From an uncultured Candidatus Saccharibacteria bacterium (lineage in GTDB: Bacteria > Patescibacteriota > Saccharimonadia > Saccharimonadales > UBA4665): DNA of 64,000 nt. Positions 30,632-39,745 of this stretch are shown piece by piece. The translations under genes were made by a program, and so were the position numbers. Numbering within the stretch: the first letter of the stretch is position 1; each line of letters starts with the position of its first letter. The notes under the pieces were generated by a model. It had not been told where the DNA came from. It did no database searches and saw nothing but the letters and a program-made list of their open reading frames with translations. Location: positions 7,580 to 71,579 of the forward strand of contig CAWCON010000001.1 of assembly GCA_963797185.1 (NCBI GenBank), written 5' to 3'.

Positions 30632-31219
30632 CTACTCTCGATCTTCACGCCTATGGAGCGGGATCGTCTCACCCATCATAAGAAGACCAAGATACGATCT
30701 AATGATGTGCCGATCGTACTGCTCCTCATCCGGTGACGGTATCGGTGCCTCTTCACCATACTCATTAAGATAGTTATTCAGATAGTCGAAATCAGCATAA
30801 TCAATTCTGGTTTCGGACCACCCACTCTTTGCGTGTTTCTGACGATTATTGTGAATAAAGAAATAACTGTTAAGATCACCAGGTTGGATAAGGGGCTCAT
30901 AGGCACCTCCTCGGTTATATACAGATTCGGAGATTGGTACTCTGACTTCGATCACCGACCCCCTATTATGCCTAATAACATCTCTGTAACGGGAAGCAAT
31001 ACCAAAGACAGCGTAACGATTATCGTCATCGGGATCTCGGTCTTCGAGTACGTGTAAGTATGTTCCGTCAACCCTTTGCTTTTTATCATTCTGCAGGGCA
31101 TCTTCAAATCGCACCAAAACCAAACCGATAAGACCGGCAAATTCCCGTTCACGAGGCATGTCCTCAAAGGGTGATCCCAAGTTATACTGGTGCGTTGACA
31201 CTAAGAATAATAAAATCAT
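30632..31219 (-). CDS. Hypothetical protein (orphan)
   Basis: Track ORF of 195 aa with no recognisable motif. An internal start at MPREREF is possible. Confidence 0.5.
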   Translation of the reverse strand: MILLFLVSTHQYNLGSPFEDMPREREFAGLIGLVLVRFEDALQNDKKQRVDGTYLHVLEDRDPDDDNRYAVFGIASRYRDVIRHNRGSVIEVRVPISESVYNRGGAYEPLIQPGDLNSYFFIHNNRQKHAKSGWSETRIDYADFDYLNNYLNEYGEEAPIPSPDEEQYDRHIIRSYLGLLMMGETIPLHRREDRE

Positions 31220-31231
31220 AATTGTGGATAC

Positions 31232-31261
31232 TTGTCAAAATAACTCAAACTTTGCTACAAT
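31232..31261 (+). promoter_or_regulatory. Sigma-70-like promoter for the 31295 gene
   Basis: TTGTCA (31232-31237), an 18-nt spacer, then TACAAT (31256-31261). Confidence 0.5.
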
Positions 31262-31294
31262 GTCCCAGTCCCAATTCCTACGATGGAGGTAATA

Positions 31295-31783
31295 ATGGAT
31301 CAGTCCATTATCGTCCGTTATACGAGTGACCAGTTGGCGACAGTGCAAGAGCAGGATCTCGACACGTTCGGGAAAGTTAGTTGGGTACGATCCACCAAAG
31401 ATTCACCTCCAGATAGCTTGTTTTTCCGGTTTATGCCTCCCAAGGATGCACCTCAAGTGTTTGCTAAGCAGATATTAGCAGCAGTAAGAGCACTTTTGGA
31501 GGGCATGAACCGTGTCGATTCGATCGAAGCCGACAGCAAGACCGGTCTAATCGAGATCAAGCTGGATGTGCAGATGGTTCCCCCCAAGGTCCGTATCAAG
31601 CTGTTTGCCAACCGTCTCGCCGAGGATGCGCTCCGGAAACTTGCAAGAGCCGTTAGGTCCCGTGACCTAGAAATTCTCGTTTACGGCGAAATCACTCAAC
31701 CCATTCCCCACCGGACATTCCCGGCCAAAGCTGGTCCATCTCTAAAACCACCATTCATCAGGCGTCACCCATTTTTAGGGTGA
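31295..31783 (+). CDS. Hypothetical protein (orphan)
   Basis: Track ORF 31283-31783. The start is moved to ATG 31295 because GGAGG (31285-31289) lies 5 nt upstream of it. No recognisable domain. Confidence 0.55.
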   Translation: MDQSIIVRYTSDQLATVQEQDLDTFGKVSWVRSTKDSPPDSLFFRFMPPKDAPQVFAKQILAAVRALLEGMNRVDSIEADSKTGLIEIKLDVQMVPPKVRIKLFANRLAEDALRKLARAVRSRDLEILVYGEITQPIPHRTFPAKAGPSLKPPFIRRHPFLG

Positions 31784-31794
31784 CCTAGGAACAC

Positions 31795-31851
31795 TGGGTT
31801 TCCCAGACAGGGGTGAAGACATACGTCTTCGCACCTGCCTGGGAACCCGGG
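31795..31851 (+). terminator. Long GC-rich imperfect hairpin (terminator-like, weak U tract)
   Basis: GGGTTTCCCAGACAGGGGTGAAGAC-ATAC-GTCTTCGCACCTGCCTGGGAACCCGGG forms about 25 stacked positions with 3 mismatches and 1 G-U, followed by TTTGATTG. Confidence 0.4.
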
Positions 31852-31966
31852 TTTGATTGATCGAGCTATAGTCTCAAGTGGAGTTTTAACTCGCAGGCCT
31901 CAACCGCCTCCCCCACCTATCACTCTCAATCAAACCCGTTTCTTCTTTTGTTATAATCATTGCTTG

Positions 31967-32764
31967 ATGCCTAAATCGATTCTGATGTGTCCTCCCGATT
32001 TCTTTGATATCGAATACGAAATTAATATTTGGATGCATCAAAACAATCAGGTGACTGGTCAAACTGCTCACGAGCAATGGATGGATCTGCGTCACATTTA
32101 TACTGACCAATTGGGGTGGGATGTTCAACTTATTACTCCAACCAAAGGGCTACCCGACCTCGTATTCGCAACTGATTGCTGCCTGATGTTTGATGGGAAG
32201 ATTCTACTCAGTAATTTCCGTTATCCGGAACGGCAGCCAGAAACAGCTCAGTACGAACAATGGTTCCGTGCCCACGACTATAATCAACTCCGTCAAACAA
32301 AACACCGATTTGAAGGTGGAGGAGATCATATCATCTGTGGTGATAAAGTCCTTTCTGGATACGGATTTCGCTCCGACCTTGAGTCACATGATGAAATACG
32401 TGATTACTTTGGACTTGAGGTCATTAGTCTCCATATCGTTGATCCGCAGTTTTATCACTTAGATACCTCGCTGGCAGTCTTAAGCAGCGATACCGTTGCT
32501 TTTTACCCTGGAGCATTAGACGAACCAAGTCAAAGACGCTTAAAAGCAGCCGTGCCTAACGTGATCGAAGCGACATTAGAAGAGGCCAAAGGATTCGGAC
32601 TTAACGCTGTCAGTGATGGTCACACAATCATTACCAGTAACGAATCTGCCAGTTTGCTCCAAAAATACCGCGATGCCGGTTTTGAAGTCATCGGTACACC
32701 GATATTGGAGTTTCGAAAATCCGGTGGTGGCGTTAAATGTCTGACACTTGAGCTTCGCAGCTAA
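31967..32764 (+). CDS. Amidinotransferase-superfamily enzyme (DDAH / arginine deiminase-like fold)
   Basis: Start trimmed to ATG 31967 (MPKSILMCPPDFFDIEYEIN...). The C-terminal catalytic Cys motif is GGGVKCLTLEL. Confidence 0.75.
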   Translation: MPKSILMCPPDFFDIEYEINIWMHQNNQVTGQTAHEQWMDLRHIYTDQLGWDVQLITPTKGLPDLVFATDCCLMFDGKILLSNFRYPERQPETAQYEQWFRAHDYNQLRQTKHRFEGGGDHIICGDKVLSGYGFRSDLESHDEIRDYFGLEVISLHIVDPQFYHLDTSLAVLSSDTVAFYPGALDEPSQRRLKAAVPNVIEATLEEAKGFGLNAVSDGHTIITSNESASLLQKYRDAGFEVIGTPILEFRKSGGGVKCLTLELRS

Positions 32765-32782
32765 GGCCGGACAGAAGGTTTC

Positions 32783-34165
32783 TTAAGAAGCACTCGTCTT
32801 CACAGATGCGCTGTGACGCTTCTTAAGAGCAGCCCGAGCAACGCTGGTGTCATTGTATGAGCGTCGGATCGTATCAGTCGCCTCATTGTATATATGGCCC
32901 GTTGCAGCAACAAAACCGGGCTTATTAGTAATAATCACCTGCTCTTCGCCTTTGCCAAGCAAAAGAACCATATCTCCAGGTTTTGCCAGTTCAATTGCCT
33001 TTTGGACGGCCGTTTCTCGGTCGTGAATCAGTAGCATATCTTTATCTTTTACTTTACCGGCTTTCTCGGCGCCTTCAGCTATTTCTTCAAGGATTGTTAT
33101 ACCATCCTGATCACGATCGTCTTCCTCTGTTAAGATCACAATGCTAGAATGCCGACCAGCAATTTCACCTTGGATGGGCCGTTTAATTTCATCACGCCGA
33201 CCAGCAGAACCAAAGACTGTAATAATACGCCCCTTCACCACCGGTTTGATCGCTTCAAAAACTTTCTGAAAACTATCCGGCGTACAGGCATAATCAACGA
33301 TCACTCCAAAATCTTGGCCCTCGTTAATACTATTCATCCGTCCCTCTACTTTTTGAAAGCTAGCAATACTACGCTCAACCTGTTGACCGGTCAGGCCCAC
33401 CGCCCGGCTAACACCTATAGCAACCAAACAGTTATAAACATTAAACTTACCTGGTAGCCGACAGCTAATATGGTACTGGTCATCACCTACTGTTGCCAGA
33501 AACTGACTGCTGGTTGGTGTAAGTTTTATATCCGTCGCTCGTAAGTTGCCGTTTTCAATACCGTAACTAACTGGATGAGCAATTGCTTTGGCAAATAACG
33601 AGCCGCTTGGGTCATCAGCATTAACAATGCCGGTACGCAGTCCGTGCCGGTTCCGATTACACTGAGTGAAAAGCATCAGCTTTGCTGCCCGATATCTCTC
33701 AAATGTGCCGTGATAATCAACGTTGTCATGGCTGAGGTTCGTAAAGGCTACGACACTGTATGGCACTCCCCACACACGATGTTGGGCAAGCGCATGACTG
33801 GTCGTTTCCAGCACCAGCCACTCTACCTTGGCGGCTTTTATTTTTTTTATCGCCCTGAGAAGTTTCAGGGACCCAAGCGATGTCATGCGTGTCGAGTTGG
33901 ACTGAGCACCACGGCCATCACCGTAATCGATAGATATCGTCGTCATCATAGCCACACGGTAGCCACTCTCTCGCAGCATATGGGTAATAAGTGTCGAGGT
34001 ACTGGTCTTGCCGGCAGTACCAGTAACACCGATAACTTTGAGGCCACGAGCCGGGAAACCGAAATAAATGTTCTCAACAACCGCTTCTAGCCAATGTCCA
34101 TACGGTTCCACTCTTAGAAACAACTCTTTAGGGATAACCTTCTTAACAAGGCTACGAAAACTCAT
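32783..34165 (-). CDS. Mur-ligase-family protein (MurE-like central and C-terminal domains; no MurE-type N-terminal domain)
   Basis: P-loop GVTGTAGKTST already at residue 47, plus SHDNVDYHGTFERYRAAKLMLF and NADD. Confidence 0.7.
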   Translation of the reverse strand: MSFRSLVKKVIPKELFLRVEPYGHWLEAVVENIYFGFPARGLKVIGVTGTAGKTSTSTLITHMLRESGYRVAMMTTISIDYGDGRGAQSNSTRMTSLGSLKLLRAIKKIKAAKVEWLVLETTSHALAQHRVWGVPYSVVAFTNLSHDNVDYHGTFERYRAAKLMLFTQCNRNRHGLRTGIVNADDPSGSLFAKAIAHPVSYGIENGNLRATDIKLTPTSSQFLATVGDDQYHISCRLPGKFNVYNCLVAIGVSRAVGLTGQQVERSIASFQKVEGRMNSINEGQDFGVIVDYACTPDSFQKVFEAIKPVVKGRIITVFGSAGRRDEIKRPIQGEIAGRHSSIVILTEEDDRDQDGITILEEIAEGAEKAGKVKDKDMLLIHDRETAVQKAIELAKPGDMVLLLGKGEEQVIITNKPGFVAATGHIYNEATDTIRRSYNDTSVARAALKKRHSASVKTSAS

Positions 34166-34187
34166 ACCCTCTAGTATACTGTAGGGT

Positions 34188-35249
34188 ATGAAAATTTTGG
34201 GAATTGAGTCAAGTTGTGATGAGACGGCCGCATCGGTTGTTCAAGATGGCAAGATTCTTCTTAGTAATGTTGTAGCCTCGAGTATGGAACTCCATGCTCC
34301 GTACGGAGGCGTCGTCCCAGAAATCGCTGCCCGCAGTCATATTGAGTCTATTATCCCTGTTATTGAACAGGCTCTGTCCGACGCAAAAACAACCTGGAAT
34401 GAAATTGATGCTATAGCAGTGACATATGGTGCCGGCTTAGGAGGCAGTCTGCTTATAGGAGTTCTAACGGCTCGCAGTCTCGCCATCGTTTACCGAAAAC
34501 CCCTGTACGGTATTAACCACGTTGAAGGGCACGTTTATGCAAACTTCTTAACACACTCACCCACTCTCGATTATCACTTCCCTGCTGCGCAGCCTGTTTT
34601 CCCAATACTGGCCCTTATTGTATCGGGTGGCCACAGTCAACTTGCTCTATTCCGCAACCACTTTGATTACACTTTGCTTGGGCAAACACACGACGATGCC
34701 ATCGGAGAAGCATACGATAAAGTTGCTAAAATACTTGGCCTCCCCTACCCTGGTGGACCCAGTATAAGCCGGCAAGCACTCGAAGGAGATCCCTATGCTT
34801 ATGACCTACCTAAAGCAAAATTAAAGGGTAAATACGACTTTTCCTTTTCTGGGCTCAAAACAGCCACTCTAAGGCTTGCCCAGAAAGAAATAGGGGAAAC
34901 ATTCACCTTTCCCTCTACGAAGCTGTCAGAACGGCTTAGCGTGGCTCAGAAGGCCAATATTGCAGCCGTGTTCAATCGTGTTGCCGTAGAGACGGTCGTT
35001 GATAAGACGGTCCTGGCCTTCCATGAGTTTCAACCAGCGAGTGTCGTGCTTGCCGGTGGTGTAGCCGCCAGTCAAGAGTTGCGGCAACAGATTGCCAATC
35101 AGTTACCAATTCCACTTGGCTTCCCCGATATACGACTTTGCACCGATAATGGAGCGATGATTGCTACCCTTGGGTGCTTCAAGCACTCTTTAGGTGCACC
35201 GACCGCCGATCCCTATTCGTTGGAAATTGAACCTAATCTCAGCATGTGA
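34188..35249 (+). CDS. tsaD: tRNA N6-adenosine threonylcarbamoyltransferase TsaD
   Basis: Motifs ILGIESSCDETAASVV, HVEGH and GGVAAS; 353 aa. Confidence 0.95.
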   Translation: MKILGIESSCDETAASVVQDGKILLSNVVASSMELHAPYGGVVPEIAARSHIESIIPVIEQALSDAKTTWNEIDAIAVTYGAGLGGSLLIGVLTARSLAIVYRKPLYGINHVEGHVYANFLTHSPTLDYHFPAAQPVFPILALIVSGGHSQLALFRNHFDYTLLGQTHDDAIGEAYDKVAKILGLPYPGGPSISRQALEGDPYAYDLPKAKLKGKYDFSFSGLKTATLRLAQKEIGETFTFPSTKLSERLSVAQKANIAAVFNRVAVETVVDKTVLAFHEFQPASVVLAGGVAASQELRQQIANQLPIPLGFPDIRLCTDNGAMIATLGCFKHSLGAPTADPYSLEIEPNLSM

Positions 35250-35553
35250 GTCCGTTTAGATAACAGGTATTGCTCAGCGAGCAGCGGTAATTTGGTACCA
35301 GTCTTGATTCGGAAGTTGTTTCGGGTTATGGTTAAAAGTACAAAAACAAAAACGTGGGTGTTATCTCGAAATCCATCGAGGTTGTTCTTCCAAACAAAAG
35401 TTTTAGTCAAATCATGTCGATAAAACAGAGAGCTTTTTAGAAAAGCTTTGTGTTTTGTTGTTTTGTCTTCTTTCACGTGAACGCCATATCTGAGTTGCTA
35501 CTTTTGTGATCTCAGACTAGTAGTGTTGCGGATATTTCTCTATATTAGTTGCT

Positions 35554-38151
35554 ATGAAGTTATCAAAGACTTACGAACCATCAGAGTACGAGCAGGATAT
35601 CTATGCTCTATGGGAAAAGCAACAGGCTTTCGCCCCAGAAGGGGAGGGGCAGAGTTTCAGCCTTGTTCTGCCACCACCAAACGCTAACGGCTCTCTTCAT
35701 CTCGGGCAGGCTCTGACCGTTGGGCTGGAAGATATTGCCGTACGGTATCACCGCTTATTGGGTGAGCGGACTCTGTTTGTGCCCGGTGCTGACCATGCAG
35801 GTTTTGAGACCTGGGTGGTTTACGAGAAGAAGCTGGCGGCAGAAGGGAAGAGTCGTTTCGACTTCAGTCGAGAAGAGCTGTACGGCCAAGTCTGGGATTT
35901 CGTTGCCTCGAACCGTGAAAAGTTTGAAACGCAGCTAAGACGCTTCGGTGCCAGTACTGACTGGCAACACTTTACCTTCACCTTAGATGAAAAAATTGTC
36001 ACCCGAGCCTACGCTACCTTTAAGAAAATGTTCGATGAACATCTAATATACAGGGGTGAGCGATTAGTAAATTTTTGCACTTTTCACGGAACAAGCTTCT
36101 CTGACATAGAAGTAAAGTTCAAAGAAGAGCAGGGTATGCTGTGGTACATTCGATATCCGTTATCAGATCAGAAAGGCGAGATTATTATCGCCACAACAAG
36201 GCCAGAGACAATGCTCGGAGACACTGGTATTGCAGTACATCCAGACGACCCTCGCTACCATGCATTCGTCGGCAAAACGGCCAAATTACCCCTAGTAGGA
36301 CGCGATTTGCCAATTATCGCCGACGAGTTTGTTGATAAAGCTTTTGGAACTGGCGCCGTCAAACTTACCCCGGCTCACGACCCAAATGACTACGACGCTG
36401 CCAAAAAACATCACTTGCCGATGATCACGGTAATCACTCATGACGGTAAAATAGGGGGAGACGTACCGGATAAATATCGAGGATTAAGCGTTCTTGATGC
36501 TCGAAAGAAGATTATTGAAGACCTAACAGCACAAGGACTTGTCGTTAAGCAAGAGGAGATTACTCATAGCGTGGGGCATTGCTACAAATGCGACACCGTT
36601 ATTGAGCCGCTACTGAGCGAACAATGGTTTATAGATATGCAACCGCTGGCTCAGAAGGCAATTGCTGCCCTAGAGAGCAATCAAATTACTTTCTATCCTG
36701 CCACCAAAAAGGCACAACTCATCTCATATATGAAGCAACTGAAAGATTGGAACATTAGCCGGCAGATAGCGTGGGGCATTCCTATTCCGGCCTTTCAAAA
36801 CGTCGACGATCCTGATGACTGGATATATAACGAGCAGGTTGAGCATGAGCTCATAACGATCGGTAATAAAACATACCGTAGGGATCCAGACGTTTTCGAC
36901 ACATGGTTCTCTAGCTCATCATGGCCATATGCTACCCTTAACTTCCCCGACAGCCAGGACTTCAAAGACTTCTTTCCGTTAAGCCTTATGGAAACCGGTG
37001 GTGAAATTTTATATCCATGGGTATCCCGGATGATTATGCTTGGGTTGTACGTAACAGAGAAGGTTCCTTTTGAATCTGTCTATATTCACGGCTATGTGCT
37101 TGCCGAAGACGGCTCAAAAATGAGCAAAAGTATCGGTAATGTAATTGACCCCTTAGAAATTATTACCAAGTTCGGTTCAGATGCCCTCCGCATTGGACTC
37201 ATTAATGGTAGAGTCCCCTCGGTAAACAGAGGCTACGATCCGCGCAAAGTCGAAGAGGGGCGTAACTTCTGCAATAAACTCTGGAATATTGCCCGTTTCA
37301 TAGAAGATAGGGCAGATATCAATTTTAAACAGGCAGAGCATCCAAAAAGCCAAACACCGGCCGATCATTGGATATTGACTAAATTACAACATACTATCAG
37401 CGAAGAAAGTGAAGATCTGGCACATTATCGCTTTAGTGAAGCCTACGAACGTCTCTACCACTTTGTGTGGGATGATTTTGCAGACTGGTATATTGAAGCA
37501 TCAAAGCAGGAACCTAATCTTAGCATCTTGGGCACTTGCCTAGTTGCAATACTCAAGTTAGCTCATCCTTTTGCACCATTTGTGACAGAAACGATCTGGC
37601 AGACACTCGGATGGGAAACCAATTCGTTGCTGGCCACGAGCCGCTGGCCTGAAGTTCCCGGTGGAGATCCGGAACGTTATCAGGAGTTCGAAGAAGTAAA
37701 GAACATTATTACAGAGATGCGATATGTTATTAACACTCTACACCTCAAGAAGACAAAGTTGCACTATATCGCACCCCAGCACGTCAAGGAAAACTCTAAG
37801 CTAATCGAGCGTCTGACCAAGGTTGAAACGGTGACAGAAGTTCAGCTAGGTCCTGGCCTTCGTCTCGTCAATAACCCTTACCAGTGCTGGCTTGATGTTG
37901 ATAGTAAAACCATGAAAGAGTACATTGCTACCTTGGCAAAAAAAGAACAGCTCCAAGAAACGCTTGTCGCGAAGCTACTCGCTCGACTTGCAAATCCAAG
38001 CTATACAGCCAAAGCTCCCCAAGAGGTTATCGAGCAAACCAAAAAAGATATCTCTGATGCTCAGATAGTACTTGAGACTATTAAGCAGGAACACCAGCGG
38101 TTTGTTCCGCAACAGACGGTGAAGCCAACGGAGCCTCAGCCACAGGAGTAA
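35554..38151 (+). CDS. valS: Valine--tRNA ligase
   Basis: Track ORF of 865 aa with a PPPNANGSLHLGQA HIGH region, KMSKSIGN, a CP1 editing domain and a coiled-coil C-terminus. Confidence 0.97.
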   Translation: MKLSKTYEPSEYEQDIYALWEKQQAFAPEGEGQSFSLVLPPPNANGSLHLGQALTVGLEDIAVRYHRLLGERTLFVPGADHAGFETWVVYEKKLAAEGKSRFDFSREELYGQVWDFVASNREKFETQLRRFGASTDWQHFTFTLDEKIVTRAYATFKKMFDEHLIYRGERLVNFCTFHGTSFSDIEVKFKEEQGMLWYIRYPLSDQKGEIIIATTRPETMLGDTGIAVHPDDPRYHAFVGKTAKLPLVGRDLPIIADEFVDKAFGTGAVKLTPAHDPNDYDAAKKHHLPMITVITHDGKIGGDVPDKYRGLSVLDARKKIIEDLTAQGLVVKQEEITHSVGHCYKCDTVIEPLLSEQWFIDMQPLAQKAIAALESNQITFYPATKKAQLISYMKQLKDWNISRQIAWGIPIPAFQNVDDPDDWIYNEQVEHELITIGNKTYRRDPDVFDTWFSSSSWPYATLNFPDSQDFKDFFPLSLMETGGEILYPWVSRMIMLGLYVTEKVPFESVYIHGYVLAEDGSKMSKSIGNVIDPLEIITKFGSDALRIGLINGRVPSVNRGYDPRKVEEGRNFCNKLWNIARFIEDRADINFKQAEHPKSQTPADHWILTKLQHTISEESEDLAHYRFSEAYERLYHFVWDDFADWYIEASKQEPNLSILGTCLVAILKLAHPFAPFVTETIWQTLGWETNSLLATSRWPEVPGGDPERYQEFEEVKNIITEMRYVINTLHLKKTKLHYIAPQHVKENSKLIERLTKVETVTEVQLGPGLRLVNNPYQCWLDVDSKTMKEYIATLAKKEQLQETLVAKLLARLANPSYTAKAPQEVIEQTKKDISDAQIVLETIKQEHQRFVPQQTVKPTEPQPQE

Positions 38152-39016
38152 CTTGTTCTAGTGAAGAGCCTAACGGTTCTAAAACAGCCCGTATTCTGGC
38201 TGCCGATTCGTCCGGGCGATAGTCATCAAACCACAATACGTTCCAGCCGCTTTTTTCGGCTCCCATCAGATTAGCTCTTGAGTCATCAATCAGTAACAGT
38301 TCGCTAGGAGGACAATCGGCCCGCTGAGTAGCGATATCATATATTTTTGCCTCTGGCTTTATGGCATGCACTACCGATGAATCAATAATGGCATCATAGG
38401 CAATATCCGGGATTAGATTGCGCTGTCTCATAACTTCTACGAATCCAGGCATAACATTAGTCAGCAAGCCAACACCGTACAAGTCGCTTACCCAACGGAG
38501 TAGGGCATGCATTTCCGGCATTGGCTCAATAGCTTCAAAATAGTACTTTTGCCAATCAAGAGAGGGTATATTAAGTCTTTTAGCGATGGAGGCGTTAAAC
38601 TCTTCCATGCTCATTTCTCCCCGGCAAATTTGGTCATTATAATGCCAAAAGGCAGTCTCAATCGTATCGGCTAACTGCCCTGAATCTTCAGCTAGTTTTA
38701 CAAAAGCCCGGTGATAGAAACGGACCAAACAGCCATTAATATCAAAATAAACAAAACCTACTCCATTTTTCGAGTGCTGGCGTTGTTTATGAGAGAGTAG
38801 GGAAGGCTGGCCAATTAACTCATCTAAACTTACCTTCAAAGCACTGGCAATACTTTGAATGGTAAAGATTGAGGGTGACCTAATTGCGCCCCGCTCAATT
38901 TTAGCAAGTGTTGAATAGCTTAAATTCGCTTTTTGACAAAGTGTTTGTTGAGTTAACCCAGCTGCCTGACGCGCAACCTGAAGACGATGCCCCAGCCCCT
39001 TTTCATCCATAGCCAT
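38081..39016 (-). CDS. Fusion of an XRE-family HTH domain and a HAD-like hydrolase domain
   Basis: The N-terminal 70 aa are an HTH_XRE domain (LGHRLQVARQAAGLTQQTLCQKANLSYSTLAKIERG). The C-terminus is HAD-like (VYFDINGCL ... LLIDDSRANL). The 3' end overlaps the valS 3' end by 71 nt. Confidence 0.75.
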   Translation of the reverse strand: MAMDEKGLGHRLQVARQAAGLTQQTLCQKANLSYSTLAKIERGAIRSPSIFTIQSIASALKVSLDELIGQPSLLSHKQRQHSKNGVGFVYFDINGCLVRFYHRAFVKLAEDSGQLADTIETAFWHYNDQICRGEMSMEEFNASIAKRLNIPSLDWQKYYFEAIEPMPEMHALLRWVSDLYGVGLLTNVMPGFVEVMRQRNLIPDIAYDAIIDSSVVHAIKPEAKIYDIATQRADCPPSELLLIDDSRANLMGAEKSGWNVLWFDDYRPDESAARIRAVLEPLGSSLEQVTPVAEAPLASPSVAEQTAGVPA

Positions 39017-39066
39017 ATCATACCTGCCAGAGGCCGAAAAGAAAAGCCGAATCTAGTACGAAATGG

Positions 39067-39237
39067 CTACCCTTTCATAAAGAAAGTGTGCGCGGCAGTA
39101 AGAAAAATTATGAAAGCAACTGCGCCGACAATAATTGCAACTATCACGCTTGTTTGCGAACTTTCAGTCCTGTGTCTCATCTTATTAAAAACCCAAGCAC
39201 CTACTCCAACACCGAAAATAAATGAGAAAAAAAGCAT
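39067..39237 (-). CDS. Small two-TM membrane protein (56 aa), below the track cutoff
   Basis: Own translation: MLFFSFIFGVGVGAWVFNKMRHRTESSQTSVIVAIIVGAVAFIIFLTAAHTFFMKG. GAGGA lies 9 nt upstream of the ATG. It is co-directional with, and just downstream of, the HIT gene. Confidence 0.4.
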   Translation of the reverse strand: MLFFSFIFGVGVGAWVFNKMRHRTESSQTSVIVAIIVGAVAFIIFLTAAHTFFMKG

Positions 39238-39251
39238 TACTGATTATCCTC

Positions 39252-39644
39252 TCAGATCGCTATTCTTTTTGCCATAAGAGCCAAACTCGGAAAATCGGGG
39301 TCTGCATCCATATCGGACTGAGTATAAAATTCTTTGGTCGTATTAAATGGTATAAGGTGAACATGGGCATGATCAACATCTAGACCTATAACTTGCACAC
39401 CGACTCTCGCCGTTTTTAACACTGCTCGAAGGCGATCGGCAACTTTCTTACATGTTCTCATGACCGCCTGGTAGTCAGTATCGGGAAGATCCCACAACTG
39501 CACTACCTGTTTCTTCGGAATGACAAGTACGTGACCTGGTTGTTTTGGATGTATATCTAAAAAGGCAACGGTAGATTCGTCTTCGTAAACCTTATACGCT
39601 GGGATTTCGCTATTTATGATCTTTGTAAAAATACTATCTTGCAT
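39252..39644 (-). CDS. HIT-family (histidine triad) protein
   Basis: Track ORF of 130 aa with the histidine triad DHAHVHLIP. Confidence 0.9.
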   Translation of the reverse strand: MQDSIFTKIINSEIPAYKVYEDESTVAFLDIHPKQPGHVLVIPKKQVVQLWDLPDTDYQAVMRTCKKVADRLRAVLKTARVGVQVIGLDVDHAHVHLIPFNTTKEFYTQSDMDADPDFPSLALMAKRIAI

Positions 39645-39745
39645 GTATCTAATTGTATCCTGATTTAGGATAAACAGGAATCTCTTGAAAATAAAAACGA
39701 ACTACGACCACGTACAGTAAACAAAGAACGCTGGGTCAATTTTAT

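Noticed and set aside
35280-35310. A possible T-box leader for valS (GGTAATTTGGTACCAG resembles part of the T-box sequence).
   Set aside because: The match is partial. It lies about 260 nt from the start codon instead of just before a terminator/antiterminator. I could find no specifier-loop or stem I features.
35213-35476. An 87-aa minus-strand ORF in the tsaD-valS gap.
   Set aside because: It overlaps the tsaD 3' end, has no SD, and is a Lys/Phe-rich translation of AT-rich DNA. It is probably non-coding.
38987-39277. A 96-aa plus-strand ORF.
   Set aside because: It overlaps the 5' end of XRE-HAD and the 3' end of the HIT gene. A minus-strand 56-aa membrane ORF with an SD fits the local operon better.
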